Shown here in pieces: positions 1-8,470 of a stretch of DNA of 32,000 nt (its first letter is position 1; each line of letters starts with the position of its first letter). The position numbers were made by a program, and so were the translations under genes. Source of the stretch: Candidatus Iainarchaeum sp. Its GTDB lineage: Archaea; Iainarchaeota; Iainarchaeia; Iainarchaeales; JACQJH01. Under the pieces are notes generated by a model, which had not been told where the DNA came from, did not search any database, and saw nothing but the letters and a program-made list of their open reading frames with translations. The stretch is from NCBI GenBank assembly GCA_016205145.1, contig JACQJH010000002.1, positions 210,001-242,000 of the forward strand, in the 5' to 3' direction.

Positions 1-1
1 G

Positions 2-742
2 GCGCTGGCAAAAAAGAATCTGCTGTTGCTGGTGGGCGTCTGCCGCGTCGAATACTGGGGCAGGGCGGCCTCGAAACTGCCGAAAGGCAAGAGGCTCTTG
101 CTCGTAAAGGAGGACGGCAGCTTTGCAGTGCACCAGAACAGGCTGCTCCGGCCGACCAATTACATGATGAACGCGAAAATCGGACTGGAAATAACCGGCA
201 ATGCTCTTGTAATTTCCGCGAAAAAACTGAGGCCGAAGGAAGAGATAAAGGCTTTTTTTGATTCCGTGGAATTCGCTAAGCAGTTTGAAATGCGCGAAAA
301 CGCGGATTTGCGGCTGTTCGGCTCGGAAAAACAGTTGAGCGACGAACTGATGCAGGGCCTCGATTTCATCGAGCCCGGCCTGAAGCCGTTGAAGCAGGAG
401 CAGGTTTTCAGGAAAGGCATAGCAGACATCATCGCGGAAGACGCGTCCGGCAGGATGGTTGTCATCGAAGTGAAAAGAAGGCAGGCCGACTACGCCGCGG
501 TGTCGCAATTGCAACGCTACATGAAGCAGGTCGAAAAGACGCTTGGAAAGGAGACGCGCGGCATTCTTGTCGCTCCCGACATCAGGAAGAACGCGCTTGA
601 AATGCTTGAACGCTTTGGCCTTGAATTCTGCCGCTTTGAATTCGAAATCGGCAACCCGAAAGCCACGATAAAGGGCGTGCAGAAAAAGCAACAGACGATT
701 TTCGAGGCGCTGGACGCGAAAAAGGAATCATTTAAGCCTTAG
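2..742 (+). CDS. nucS: NucS/EndoMS-type endonuclease, 5' end cut by the window edge
   Basis: The frame stays open back to base 2 (ALAKKNLLLLVGVCRVEYWGRAASKLPKGKRLLLVKEDGSFAVH...). The C-terminal half has a RecB/PD-(D/E)xK-like core (IADIIAEDASGRMVVIEVKRRQADYAAVSQLQRY). The C-terminal QTIFEAL resembles a degenerate PCNA-binding tail. Length and domain order fit NucS. Confidence 0.8.
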   Translation, partial: ALAKKNLLLLVGVCRVEYWGRAASKLPKGKRLLLVKEDGSFAVHQNRLLRPTNYMMNAKIGLEITGNALVISAKKLRPKEEIKAFFDSVEFAKQFEMRENADLRLFGSEKQLSDELMQGLDFIEPGLKPLKQEQVFRKGIADIIAEDASGRMVVIEVKRRQADYAAVSQLQRYMKQVEKTLGKETRGILVAPDIRKNALEMLERFGLEFCRFEFEIGNPKATIKGVQKKQQTIFEALDAKKESFKP

Positions 743-1180
743 AAGGAGTCTGGCGCGTTCAAGGGCGGATTCAAAATCCAGTTGGTGGATCAGTGTGTCA
801 TCAAGCAGCACCTTGTCTCTGGAAGTCCTTCCACGGATGCCTAAAATCGCCAGGAGCCGGTACATCCGCGCATTTACGGCCAGTTCCTCATAAGGCCTGC
901 AAATTCTTTGGGCCAGTTCCAGTGCATTCTCATAAGGCAGGTCGCGCCGTTGCGACAATTCGCGCAATTCCAATTTTGCCAGCGGCAGGTGCAATGGATG
1001 CACTTGGGCGAAGAGTTTGCCCAGCCCGTGCTTAAGCCTGGCCAGACGATCGGAAGGAATCGCTTTTGGGTATTCACGATAGACAACTCTTGTGCGGCGT
1101 GCGCCAACCCGCACACTGCGCGCACCAGCCCTTAAACGCCCCGCACTGCCCGGCCCAACCTTGGTTCCACGCCTCAGCAT
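728..1180 (-). CDS. hypothetical helical protein with an Arg-rich N-terminus (150 aa)
   Basis: The ORF 728..1396 is trimmed to ATG 1180 (MLRRGTKVGPG...), because the upstream extension runs antisense to a more convincing small membrane ORF. I recognised no family. Confidence 0.4.
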   Translation of the reverse strand: MLRRGTKVGPGSAGRLRAGARSVRVGARRTRVVYREYPKAIPSDRLARLKHGLGKLFAQVHPLHLPLAKLELRELSQRRDLPYENALELAQRICRPYEELAVNARMYRLLAILGIRGRTSRDKVLLDDTLIHQLDFESALERARLLLRLK

Positions 1181-1229
1181 GCAATAGAATTGTCCAAGGC
1201 CGTTAATAGCCTTTCCGGCAGGATTAAAA

Positions 1230-1433
1230 ATGCCGGAAGACAAGAAAATATCAGGAAACAAAAAAACGGGGGCGGAAAAAATGGCTAACCTTTCGAAAAA
1301 CCAGGTGACTGGAATCGCATTGCTTGTGGCGGCGATAATCTTGTTCGTCAACATTCCGTTCATTTCGGCATTGAGGCCGCTTGTGCAGCTTGCCATAGTG
1401 CTGATAGCGCTTTACCTGATTTTCATCAAGTGA
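1230..1433 (+). CDS. small two-TM membrane protein (67 aa)
   Basis: ATG is preceded by AGGA 7 nt upstream. The protein has two clear hydrophobic helices (GIALLVAAIILFVNIPFI, LVQLAIVLIALYLIFI) and ends ...LIFIK. Confidence 0.55.
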   Translation: MPEDKKISGNKKTGAEKMANLSKNQVTGIALLVAAIILFVNIPFISALRPLVQLAIVLIALYLIFIK

Positions 1434-1470
1434 AAGCGAAACAAAAAAGCCGGGTGAAAAGCGGAATGCC

Positions 1471-2214
1471 TTAGGGCTCCGGCGGCCCCGGAGCGTTTGT
1501 TGCCTTTGCGGCTTTCGCAATCTTCGAAAAGAACGAGTCGCCTAGAATCGCCTCGGAAATTGTCTTGTCGACGAATTTCTGCAGGGCTGTGTTGTCGGCT
1601 TCCCCTTTTTTGCCGAGAATCAGGCTCAGGACGTCATCCCAGTTCCGGTGGACATAAACAAGCCCCGGAATCCTGTCATTCTGGGACTGGTCTGAAAACG
1701 AGTACGCTTCCTCGACCAGCGCAAAACCGACCTTGCTGAACCGCATGGTGTAAAACGCGCCGGTCCAGACGTCATGGTCGACGAGCACTGCTTCGTTAAC
1801 GCCAATGCCTTTCAATTGCAGGAAAGTTTCGATCGATTTCTGCTTTGAGAATTCGTCCTTGTAATCCGGGTTTTTCGCGACAGCATTCTCGTACCTTTCC
1901 CTGTCGATTTCGTTTTTTTCGGAAAGGTATTGTTCTGAAACCCCGAAAATGTTTCCATCCGGGAAAAACGCGTCCAGGCCGGACTCTTTTGCAGTTGCCG
2001 CAGCCCTTTCGGTCTTCCTTCCGCTCAGCAGGCAGAACTCGAAAAACGGGAATTTTTCCCTGAGCCTGGAAAGGTTTGACAGGATGCGTTTGACCTCTTC
2101 CAAATCCACGTTTTTGTCGACCTGTCCCGGCACGAGCGTGTCCTCAAGGCCGAAAAAAACCGCCTTTTTCTTCACATCCGGTTCGGAAATGCCTGAAAGC
2201 CAGTCCATGAACAT
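1471..2214 (-). CDS. HAD-fold-like protein with degenerate motif I (247 aa)
   Basis: The ORF is trimmed to ATG 2214 (or 2208), since upstream it overlaps prs antisense. VFFGLEDTLV occupies the HAD motif I position, CLLSGRK motif II, and K...VLVDHDVW motifs III/IV. The DxDxT nucleophile is not intact. Confidence 0.5.
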   Translation of the reverse strand: MFMDWLSGISEPDVKKKAVFFGLEDTLVPGQVDKNVDLEEVKRILSNLSRLREKFPFFEFCLLSGRKTERAAATAKESGLDAFFPDGNIFGVSEQYLSEKNEIDRERYENAVAKNPDYKDEFSKQKSIETFLQLKGIGVNEAVLVDHDVWTGAFYTMRFSKVGFALVEEAYSFSDQSQNDRIPGLVYVHRNWDDVLSLILGKKGEADNTALQKFVDKTISEAILGDSFFSKIAKAAKATNAPGPPEP

Positions 2215-2231
2215 TTCAAAAAAACAAATCC

Positions 2232-2238
2232 TTTTAAA
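2232..2238. promoter_or_regulatory. palindromic TATA-like box (TTTTAAA) shared by divergent genes
   Basis: It lies in the 61-nt gap between the starts at 2214 (-) and 2276 (+), about 20-25 nt from the minus-strand start and about 40 nt from the prs ATG. Confidence 0.4.
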
Positions 2239-2275
2239 CACAACCAAAATCAAACAATTATCAGCTGTGACTGCC

Positions 2276-3229
2276 ATGGCAAACCCCCACCTCAAGCTTT
2301 TCGCGGGCAATTCCAACACAGAATTGGCCAAAAAGGTTGCGGGGCATTTGGGCGTCCAGCTCGGAAAGATTGAGATAAGGGATTTTTCCGACGGTGAAAA
2401 GTATGTCAAGCTCCTCGAAAACGTCCGCGGAGAGGACGTGTTCCTTTTGCAGTCGACGTCAAAGCCCGTCAACGAGAACCTGATGGAACTGCTCATAATG
2501 ATTGATGCCGCCAAGCGCGCTTCCGCAGGGAACGTCACTGCGGTCATACCGTATTTTGGGTATGCGCGCCAGGACCGCAAGGCGAGTTCGCGCGAGCCCA
2601 TAACCGCAAAGCTTGTCGCGGACATAATCACTGCTGCCGGCGCAGACAGGATGATAGCCTTTGACCTGCATTCCGGGCAGATACAGGGCTTTTTCAACAT
2701 TCCCGTGGACAACCTGACGGCTTACGGCCTGCTCATCAATGAAATCAAGAAGAAAAAGCTGTCGGAATCGGATTCCGTTGTCGTCGCGGCCGATGCGGGT
2801 GCGGCGAAGAATTCCGTGAAAATCGCCAAGGCGTTGGGCTGGGACCTCGCGATAATAAACAAGGCGCGCCCCGCGCAGAACGTTGCCAGCGCTCTCAACA
2901 TTATCGGTGAAGTGAAGGGCAGGAACTGCGCGCTTTTCGACGACATGATTGACACTGCCGGAACTGTTGCCGCGGGCGCGGAAGCCCTGAAAAAGGCGGG
3001 CGCAAAGGACATTTACGTGCTGGCAACGCATGGCGTGCTGTCCGGGCCCGCGATTGAGCGCGTTGAAAAGTCGCCGGTGAAGGAAATAATCATCACAAAC
3101 ACGATTCAGGCAAGCCCTGCCAAGTCCGGCAAAATAAAGGTCATTGACATTTCCGGGCTTCTGGCAGAAGCTATTGAGCGGGTCCACAAAAAAGAGTCCG
3201 TGAGCTCGCTTTTCGACTACCGGCTGTGA
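2276..3229 (+). CDS. prs: ribose-phosphate pyrophosphokinase (PRPP synthetase)
   Basis: MANPHLKLFAGNSNTELAKKVA... DGEKYVKL... VIPYFGYARQDRK... and the PRPP-binding loop DDMIDTAGT. The product is 317 aa. The ORF-track start at 1949 is a spurious extension. Confidence 0.95.
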   Translation: MANPHLKLFAGNSNTELAKKVAGHLGVQLGKIEIRDFSDGEKYVKLLENVRGEDVFLLQSTSKPVNENLMELLIMIDAAKRASAGNVTAVIPYFGYARQDRKASSREPITAKLVADIITAAGADRMIAFDLHSGQIQGFFNIPVDNLTAYGLLINEIKKKKLSESDSVVVAADAGAAKNSVKIAKALGWDLAIINKARPAQNVASALNIIGEVKGRNCALFDDMIDTAGTVAAGAEALKKAGAKDIYVLATHGVLSGPAIERVEKSPVKEIIITNTIQASPAKSGKIKVIDISGLLAEAIERVHKKESVSSLFDYRL

Positions 3230-3243
3230 AAGGGGCAGGGCAA

Positions 3244-3660
3244 ATGCGCATTGACGAACTGGACAGGCAGATAATTTTCGCGCTCAAAGCCAATGCAAGA
3301 ACGCCTTTCCTGTCACTGGCAAGAAAGCTCGGCTGTTCCGAGGGCACAATCCGCAAACGCGTGAAGCGCCTTGAAAAAAACGCCGTTATACGGAAGTTTA
3401 CTCTCCAGCTTGACACCCAGATAGAGTTTGAAACAGTCGTCTGCATAAAATGCGAGCCGAAAGAAACAAAGGGAGTCGTCGAAAAGCTCAGGAAAATGAA
3501 AACCGAAGCCAGCTCTGTCATGGAAGTGACGGGCGCGTTCGACATCATCTGCATCTGCCAGGCCGAAAACGCCAAGGCAATGAACATTCTCATAGACAAA
3601 ATCCGCGATTTCCGCGGGGTTCTTGACACGCAGTCGTTCACGATAATTGAAAAAAGCTGA
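3244..3660 (+). CDS. Lrp/AsnC family transcriptional regulator
   Basis: N-terminal HTH (IDELDRQIIFALKANARTPFLSLARKLGCSEGTIRKRVKRLEKNAVI) followed by a RAM/ACT-like C-terminal domain. ATG 3244 sits behind a purine-rich stretch; GTG 3226, which overlaps the prs stop, is an alternative start. Confidence 0.9.
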   Translation: MRIDELDRQIIFALKANARTPFLSLARKLGCSEGTIRKRVKRLEKNAVIRKFTLQLDTQIEFETVVCIKCEPKETKGVVEKLRKMKTEASSVMEVTGAFDIICICQAENAKAMNILIDKIRDFRGVLDTQSFTIIEKS

Positions 3661-3665
3661 TTTTG

Positions 3666-3863
3666 ATGAAGTGCGCGGCCTGCGGCGGGAGCGCCACGAA
3701 GCTCAACGCCAAAAAGGTCCCGTGTGCGCAAGGCACGCCAAAAAAGACATTTCCGGCCAAGCTGCGGGGCGTGCGGCGCGCCCATGTCCCTGCGGCAGGG
3801 AAAGTTCGGGTCATCTGGGGCTGCCAGGCATACCCCAACTGCCTCGGAACGCAAAAGATTTGA
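3666..3863 (+). CDS. small Cys-rich zinc-ribbon ORF, possibly a frameshifted topoisomerase-type C4 zinc finger
   Basis: The intact 65-aa frame is MKCAACGG...WGCQAYPNCLGTQKI. The +1 frame over 3763-3810 reads CGACGAPMSLRQGKFG, which fits the missing first half of a C-x2-C-x15-C-x5-C topo-type finger. Confidence 0.4.
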   Translation: MKCAACGGSATKLNAKKVPCAQGTPKKTFPAKLRGVRRAHVPAAGKVRVIWGCQAYPNCLGTQKI

Positions 3864-3913
3864 GTTCAGGGCTTTTACCCCCGCACGCCCCGAAATCTTA
3901 ATGTTGCTTACTC

Positions 3914-3937
3914 GGCGTATCACAACAGTGATACGCC
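3914..3937. other. perfect 10-bp inverted repeat / hairpin (GGCGTATCAC aaca GTGATACGCC)
   Basis: Read directly from the sequence. It is intergenic, 50 nt downstream of the zinc-ribbon ORF, and is followed by TTAGTTTCG. Confidence 0.6.
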
Positions 3938-4014
3938 TTAGTTTCGCACTCGCCGGGCGATGACGGCGGCAAAAGGAATTTAAAGCCCAAAAGCGTTTGC
4001 TTTAATAGTGAAAA

Positions 4015-4170
4015 ATGGTGTCTGACAACGGTCACATGGTTGGAATGCTTCTTTTGGGCATGGCCGTGGGAAAGTATCTTGCTGTCCTGCCGGAGCCGGT
4101 TGCCATAATAGACCCGTATATTACTTACATCCTCGTCGGCCTGGCAATACTGATTTTCATAAAAGGCTGA
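4015..4170 (+). CDS. small two-TM membrane protein (51 aa), absent from the ORF track
   Basis: Translated by hand: MVSDNGHMVGMLLLGMAVGKYLAVLPEPVAIIDPYITYILVGLAILIFIKG*. It has two hydrophobic segments, and its C-terminus (ILIFIKG) resembles that of ORF 1230..1433. Confidence 0.4.
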   Translation: MVSDNGHMVGMLLLGMAVGKYLAVLPEPVAIIDPYITYILVGLAILIFIKG

Positions 4171-4177
4171 GCCGCCC

Positions 4178-4184
4178 AAAAAAA
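4178..4184 (-). terminator. oligo-T run (T7 on the minus strand) downstream of the ABC-2 permease
   Basis: The plus strand reads CCCAAAAAAACCCC, 16-22 nt past the stop at 4200. Archaeal termination commonly uses oligo-T tracts. Confidence 0.35.
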
Positions 4185-4199
4185 CCCCGGACTTTCTCT

Positions 4200-5030
4200 T
4201 CAATAGCCTTCGATGTCAAAGCGCTTGAACAGCTTGCGGAAAATGAAAACTGACACGAGCGGCACGGCTATGACAAAAGCCAGAAAGTAGGCGAACTGCG
4301 GCAAAAGCTGGAATGAGTAGTCGAAACCGTGCACCCACACAGCCCTGATTATCGTTACCGCCTGATAAATCGGGTTGAGTTCGGCTATGAGCCTTAGGTC
4401 GACCAAAAAACCCCACACCGAAAATTTGAGCACATCAATGGAATAATAAAAGCACGAAAAGAAAACCCAGATAACGCGCAGGTAACCGAATATGGGCACG
4501 AAGTTCTCGTTGAACAGCGCTGCGGAACCCAAAAGCAGGCCCACGCCCAATGCAATCAGGAACGCGCCCGCCAAAACGAGCAGGCTGAAAACAAGCACAA
4601 GCGGCGAAACCGGCTGCCAAATGAAAGTGATAAGCAGGAAAAGCAGCATTGTCGGAAAAATCGCGACAAGCTGGCTTATGCCCACGCCTATGACAAGGGA
4701 AAGCTTGTGCGTCGGGGCCAAAAGGAAGCCGTGGATCGTCTGCCAGAATTTTTCCCTGAGAAAATTGTCGGAAAAAACCGTCAGGCCGGAATGCAGGAAA
4801 ATATCCACGAGAATGCCGAGCAGGAGAAAAACGACAAAGCTCGAGCTTGAAACCTCGCCGATCGAGAGGGAATTGCCGGCCAGGGCAAAAAAGCCGTAGT
4901 AGACCAGAAGGAACGGCCCGGCGCGGAGCAGCGGGTTCAGCAGGTTTGAGATGAAAAACGCCCACTTGTACCTGAAATTCAGCTTGAGCTCCTTTTCAGC
5001 TATTGCCATCGAGTCAAATAATATTTTCAT
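4200..5030 (-). CDS. ABC-2 type transporter permease
   Basis: About 6 TM segments and a typical ABC-2 N-terminus (MKILFDSMAIAEKELKLNFRYKWAFFISNLLNPLL). ATG 5030 overlaps the ATPase stop by 17 nt. Confidence 0.85.
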   Translation of the reverse strand: MKILFDSMAIAEKELKLNFRYKWAFFISNLLNPLLRAGPFLLVYYGFFALAGNSLSIGEVSSSSFVVFLLLGILVDIFLHSGLTVFSDNFLREKFWQTIHGFLLAPTHKLSLVIGVGISQLVAIFPTMLLFLLITFIWQPVSPLVLVFSLLVLAGAFLIALGVGLLLGSAALFNENFVPIFGYLRVIWVFFSCFYYSIDVLKFSVWGFLVDLRLIAELNPIYQAVTIIRAVWVHGFDYSFQLLPQFAYFLAFVIAVPLVSVFIFRKLFKRFDIEGY

Positions 5031-5979
5031 CAATCCCACCGGTAAGCTTGAGGAAAACGTCGGAAAGCGTCGGCGCCTCCTCGGAAATCCTCGCAACTTC
5101 GAATTTGCCCAGAACGGACAGCAGTTCGGAAAGCGCCGCCTTGTCCTTCAAAAAAATCCTGAAGCCGTGCCGCGAATGCAGCACGGACTGCACGAACGGC
5201 GCCTGCTTCAGTTCCTTCAAGAGCGCGGTATCATCGCCGAAAACAACCACTTCAATCACGACATCCTTTTCGACAAGCTTTTTGAGCTCGCCGACGGAAT
5301 CAATGGCGATAATCCTTCCCTTGTGGAGGATTGCCACTCTGTCGCACAGTTCCTCGGCTTCTTCCATGTAGTGCGTGGTGATTATCACTGTCTTTTCCAG
5401 GGATTTTATTTTCTTGCGCAGTATGGTCGCGCTGTGCGGGTCCAGGCCAAGCGAAGGCTCGTCAAGCAGCAGAAGCTCGGGGTCGTTGATCATGGCCCTT
5501 GCCATGGCAAGCTTCGACTTCATTCCGAGCGAATAGTTTTCGACATAGTTGTCAATCCACTCTGCAATGCCGAAAAATTCCGCAAGCGAGGCAATCTTCT
5601 TCCGGTAGTTCCTGATGCCGTAAAGCTGCGCAAAAAATTTCAGGTTGTCATAGCCGGTCAGGCGGTGATAGATGAGGGAATTGGACAGCATGACCCCCAG
5701 AGAGCTGAGCATCGAGTCAACAGGCTTCCCGTCAATGAGTATTGTGCCTTCATTCGGGTTTGTCAGGCCGCACAGGCATTTCATGAGCGTTGTCTTTCCC
5801 GCGCCATTCGGGCCGAGAAGGCCGAGCTTTTCCCCAGCCTTCACCTCAAATGACACGTCGTCAAGCGCCCTGAATGACTGGTAGCTTGGCAGAAAAAAAT
5901 CGGAAAAAAAGTCCTTGCTCGTCTGCTTGAACTTGTAAACCTTGGAGACGTTGCGGACTGTCAGGTAAGGCGCCTTCAA
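5014..5979 (-). CDS. ABC transporter ATP-binding protein
   Basis: Walker A GPNGAGKTT, Q-loop, signature YSLGMKSKLAMA, Walker B LLLLDEPSLGLD and H-loop TTHYMEE. The apparent start codon is TTG. Confidence 0.9.
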   Translation of the reverse strand: MKAPYLTVRNVSKVYKFKQTSKDFFSDFFLPSYQSFRALDDVSFEVKAGEKLGLLGPNGAGKTTLMKCLCGLTNPNEGTILIDGKPVDSMLSSLGVMLSNSLIYHRLTGYDNLKFFAQLYGIRNYRKKIASLAEFFGIAEWIDNYVENYSLGMKSKLAMARAMINDPELLLLDEPSLGLDPHSATILRKKIKSLEKTVIITTHYMEEAEELCDRVAILHKGRIIAIDSVGELKKLVEKDVVIEVVVFGDDTALLKELKQAPFVQSVLHSRHGFRIFLKDKAALSELLSVLGKFEVARISEEAPTLSDVFLKLTGGIDENII

Positions 5980-6140
5980 ACCGGAATCACAACAAAAATA
6001 GGGCTAACTGGTTTAAATAGTTTTATTCAGGAATCGCATGCCGGCGAAAAAAAGCCAAAACAGGCAAAAATGCCTTAAAAATTTAAATATGAGTTTGCAG
6101 CTAATATGCTGGGTTGCTGCATTCAGCAAAATGTGATTGC

Positions 6141-6590
6141 ATGGACGAAAAAGAATTCAACCAGGAAACAACCAGAATCAAGGTCAAGCAGAGGATTCGC
6201 GCCGGCCAGGCAATCTTTATCATCCTCGTCTGGCTCACAATCGGAACCTTCGCATACCATTACCTTGAGGGATGGTCCTTTGTGGAATCCCTTTACTTTT
6301 CAACGGCAACCGTGACCACGATCGGCTATGGCGACATCCATCCGACAAACGATGCGAGCAGGCTTTTTACGGTCGTATATGCCTTGCTTGGGGTTGGCAT
6401 AGTGCTCTTTGCGCTTTCCATTGTAGCACAATCCGTAATCGAAAAAACGGAATTCGAGCAGTACAACCGCCTCGAAAAAAGCATTTTCGGCGTCCGCACA
6501 AAAGTCTTCGACGGGGTCAGAAACATGGAAGACCGCCTCAAGGAAAGGGCTGAAACGCGCAAGCCGGGTAAAAAGAAAATCTACAACTGA
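6141..6590 (+). CDS. two-TM potassium channel (pore-only, no RCK domain)
   Basis: Selectivity filter TVTTIGYGD flanked by two TM helices. ATG 6141 is preceded by GTGAT. A TTTAAATA box lies at 6083-6090. Confidence 0.85.
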   Translation: MDEKEFNQETTRIKVKQRIRAGQAIFIILVWLTIGTFAYHYLEGWSFVESLYFSTATVTTIGYGDIHPTNDASRLFTVVYALLGVGIVLFALSIVAQSVIEKTEFEQYNRLEKSIFGVRTKVFDGVRNMEDRLKERAETRKPGKKKIYN

Positions 6591-6672
6591 ACCGGCAGAA
6601 GCTGAAACAAAACAGGTCTCACGGCAGGCTTCGCTGCGAATCAAAAAAACCTGCAACAGGCTCTGCCCGGCT

Positions 6673-6685
6673 AAAAAAACAAAAA
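6673..6685 (-). terminator. oligo-T tract (TTTTTGTTTTTTT on the minus strand) after pyrG
   Basis: The plus strand reads CTAAAAAAACAAAAATCCCC, about 27-39 nt past the pyrG stop at 6712. Confidence 0.35.
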
Positions 6686-6711
6686 TCCCCATCAGACAGC
6701 CGGAAAAAGGC

Positions 6712-8346
6712 CTATTTTTTCAGGCAGGCGGAGACAAAGCCCAGGTAAAGCGGATTGGGCCGCAGTGGCTTGGACGTGAACTCCGGATGCGACTGGGTCG
6801 CCATGAAAAACCTGTGCTTCGGCAGTTCCAAAAATTCCATGAGTTTGCGGTCCGGCGAAACTCCGGAAAAAAGCAGGCCGTGCCTTTCGAGGGTTTCCAC
6901 GAATTCGGGGTTCACTTCAAACCTGTGCCTGTGCCTTTCCTCGACGGTTTCCTTTTTGGAGTAAAGCTCCCAGACAGCCGAACCTTTTTTCAGCTTTGCG
7001 GGATAGGCGCCAAGGCGCATCGTCGCCCCATAATCCCTTTTTTCAAGCAGGGTCTTCTGCTCCGGCATTATGTCTATGACCGGAAACTTGGTGTTCGGGT
7101 CAATTTCAGTCGTGTTCGCGCCCGGCATTGCACAGACGGTCCTGGCAAACTCTATGACCGCAAGCTGAAGGCCATAGCACAGGCCCAGAAACGGCACGCC
7201 GTTTTCCCTGCAGAACCTGATTGCGGAAATTTTTCCCTCGACGCCGCTGCTGCCAAAACCGCCCGGCACAATAATGCCGTCAAACTGTTTCAGTTCAGCA
7301 AGCGTTGAAGGTTCCTTTTCAAATCGCTTGGAGTCAATCCAGACTATTTCCGCTTTGCAGTTGTTTGCCGCGGCGGCATGCTTGACCGCTTCAATGACGG
7401 AAATGTAGGAATCCTCCAAAGTGAAATCGCCGATGTCAAAGTACTTGCCTACAATGCCGATGCGCACCTTTTTCGGGGCGTCAAGGACGCGCTTCACGAA
7501 ACCGCGCCATTCTGACATCGCCTTTGCCCCCGGCCGGTATTTTTTCCCGAACCTCAGCAGTATTTTGCTGACGAAAGTCTGTTCCTCAAAAACCAGCGGT
7601 TCCTCGTAAACCGATTTCAGGTTCGGCGCGGAAATGACGTTTTCCGGCAAAGTGTTGCAGAACAATGAAATCTTTTCCCTTCTCACTGAATCAATCGGCT
7701 TCTCCGACCGGCAGACGACAAAATCCGGCTGGATTCCGACGCTGTTGAGTTCCCTCACGGAATGCTGGGCAGGCTTTGTTTTCATTTCCCCCAGATTCAG
7801 GGGAACCGGCAGATAAACAACATGGACAAAAACGACGGGCAGTCCCTTCAGGTGCATTTCCCTGACGGCCTCCAAAAACAGCACGTTCTGGTAGTCGCCT
7901 ACGGTTCCGCCGATTTCAACCAGGACAAAATCGGCATCGTCTTCCTTTGCGACCTGCATCAGGCGCCTCTGCACTTCCTGCGGAATATGCGGAATGACTT
8001 CCACGCACTTGCCGTCAAATTCCAGGTTGCGCTCCTTTCCTATGACTGACAGATAAACCTGGCCGGTCGTGATGTTATGCCTTTTCGACAGGTCCTTGCC
8101 CAAAAACCTTTCATAAGTGCCGATGTCCTGATCGGTTTCGCCGCCGTCGCCAGTGACAAAAACTTCGCCGTGCTCGGTCGGCCGCATAGTGCCCGCGTCA
8201 ACGTTCAGGTAAGGGTCGATTTTGACAATGGAAACATTGAAGCCCTGCGCCTGGATGAGATTGGCAAGCGATGCAGTGACAACGCCCTTGCCCAGGCCGG
8301 AAATGACACCGCCCGTCACAACAACGAATTTTGCCCTGTCTGACAA
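6712..8346 (-). CDS. pyrG: CTP synthase
   Basis: N-terminal KFVVVTGGVISGLGKGV, synthetase-domain motifs, and a C-terminal glutaminase with GLCYGLQ (catalytic Cys) and HRHRFEVN. The TTG start sits immediately after an in-frame TAG. Confidence 0.95.
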   Translation of the reverse strand: MSDRAKFVVVTGGVISGLGKGVVTASLANLIQAQGFNVSIVKIDPYLNVDAGTMRPTEHGEVFVTGDGGETDQDIGTYERFLGKDLSKRHNITTGQVYLSVIGKERNLEFDGKCVEVIPHIPQEVQRRLMQVAKEDDADFVLVEIGGTVGDYQNVLFLEAVREMHLKGLPVVFVHVVYLPVPLNLGEMKTKPAQHSVRELNSVGIQPDFVVCRSEKPIDSVRREKISLFCNTLPENVISAPNLKSVYEEPLVFEEQTFVSKILLRFGKKYRPGAKAMSEWRGFVKRVLDAPKKVRIGIVGKYFDIGDFTLEDSYISVIEAVKHAAAANNCKAEIVWIDSKRFEKEPSTLAELKQFDGIIVPGGFGSSGVEGKISAIRFCRENGVPFLGLCYGLQLAVIEFARTVCAMPGANTTEIDPNTKFPVIDIMPEQKTLLEKRDYGATMRLGAYPAKLKKGSAVWELYSKKETVEERHRHRFEVNPEFVETLERHGLLFSGVSPDRKLMEFLELPKHRFFMATQSHPEFTSKPLRPNPLYLGFVSACLKK

Positions 8347-8470
8347 CTAAAACCAACCCAAAAAATCAAACAAAATGACTTGGAAAATCAGACGAATATT
8401 AGGTTGGTTTTGTTATTTAAACCTTTGCCGGGAAAAATGATTTAGTTCGGCGTCGGCACCCGAAAAATTT

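Noticed and set aside
728-1180. An R-x5-H string (RLARLKH) hinting at a HEPN toxin.
   Set aside because: The motif lies near the N-terminus rather than in the usual HEPN position, no partner MNT or antitoxin gene is adjacent, and a single short motif is not sufficient.
1949-2275. N-terminal extensions in the ORF track: prs from 1949, the HAD-like gene to 2712, lhr to 12835, surface protein B to 25555, PHP to 20820, and the HprK-like gene to 18263.
   Set aside because: The extensions overlap neighbouring genes or promoters and lack family-typical sequence. Conserved N-termini begin at internal start codons that have RBS or TATA support.
4951-5853. A long (300 aa) plus-strand ORF, and similar long ORFs at 13133..13942, 27398..28330, 19936..20745, 15312..15995, 18006..18629 and 18164..18784.
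   Set aside because: Each runs antisense to a gene with clear family motifs (ABC ATPase, TraB, MetK, PHP, NTase, GT4). Their products are low-complexity, R/S/P/F-rich, and carry no motifs. These are shadow ORFs caused by low stop-codon density, which is most marked in the GAAAA/TTTTC-rich 15.6-19.3 kb stretch.
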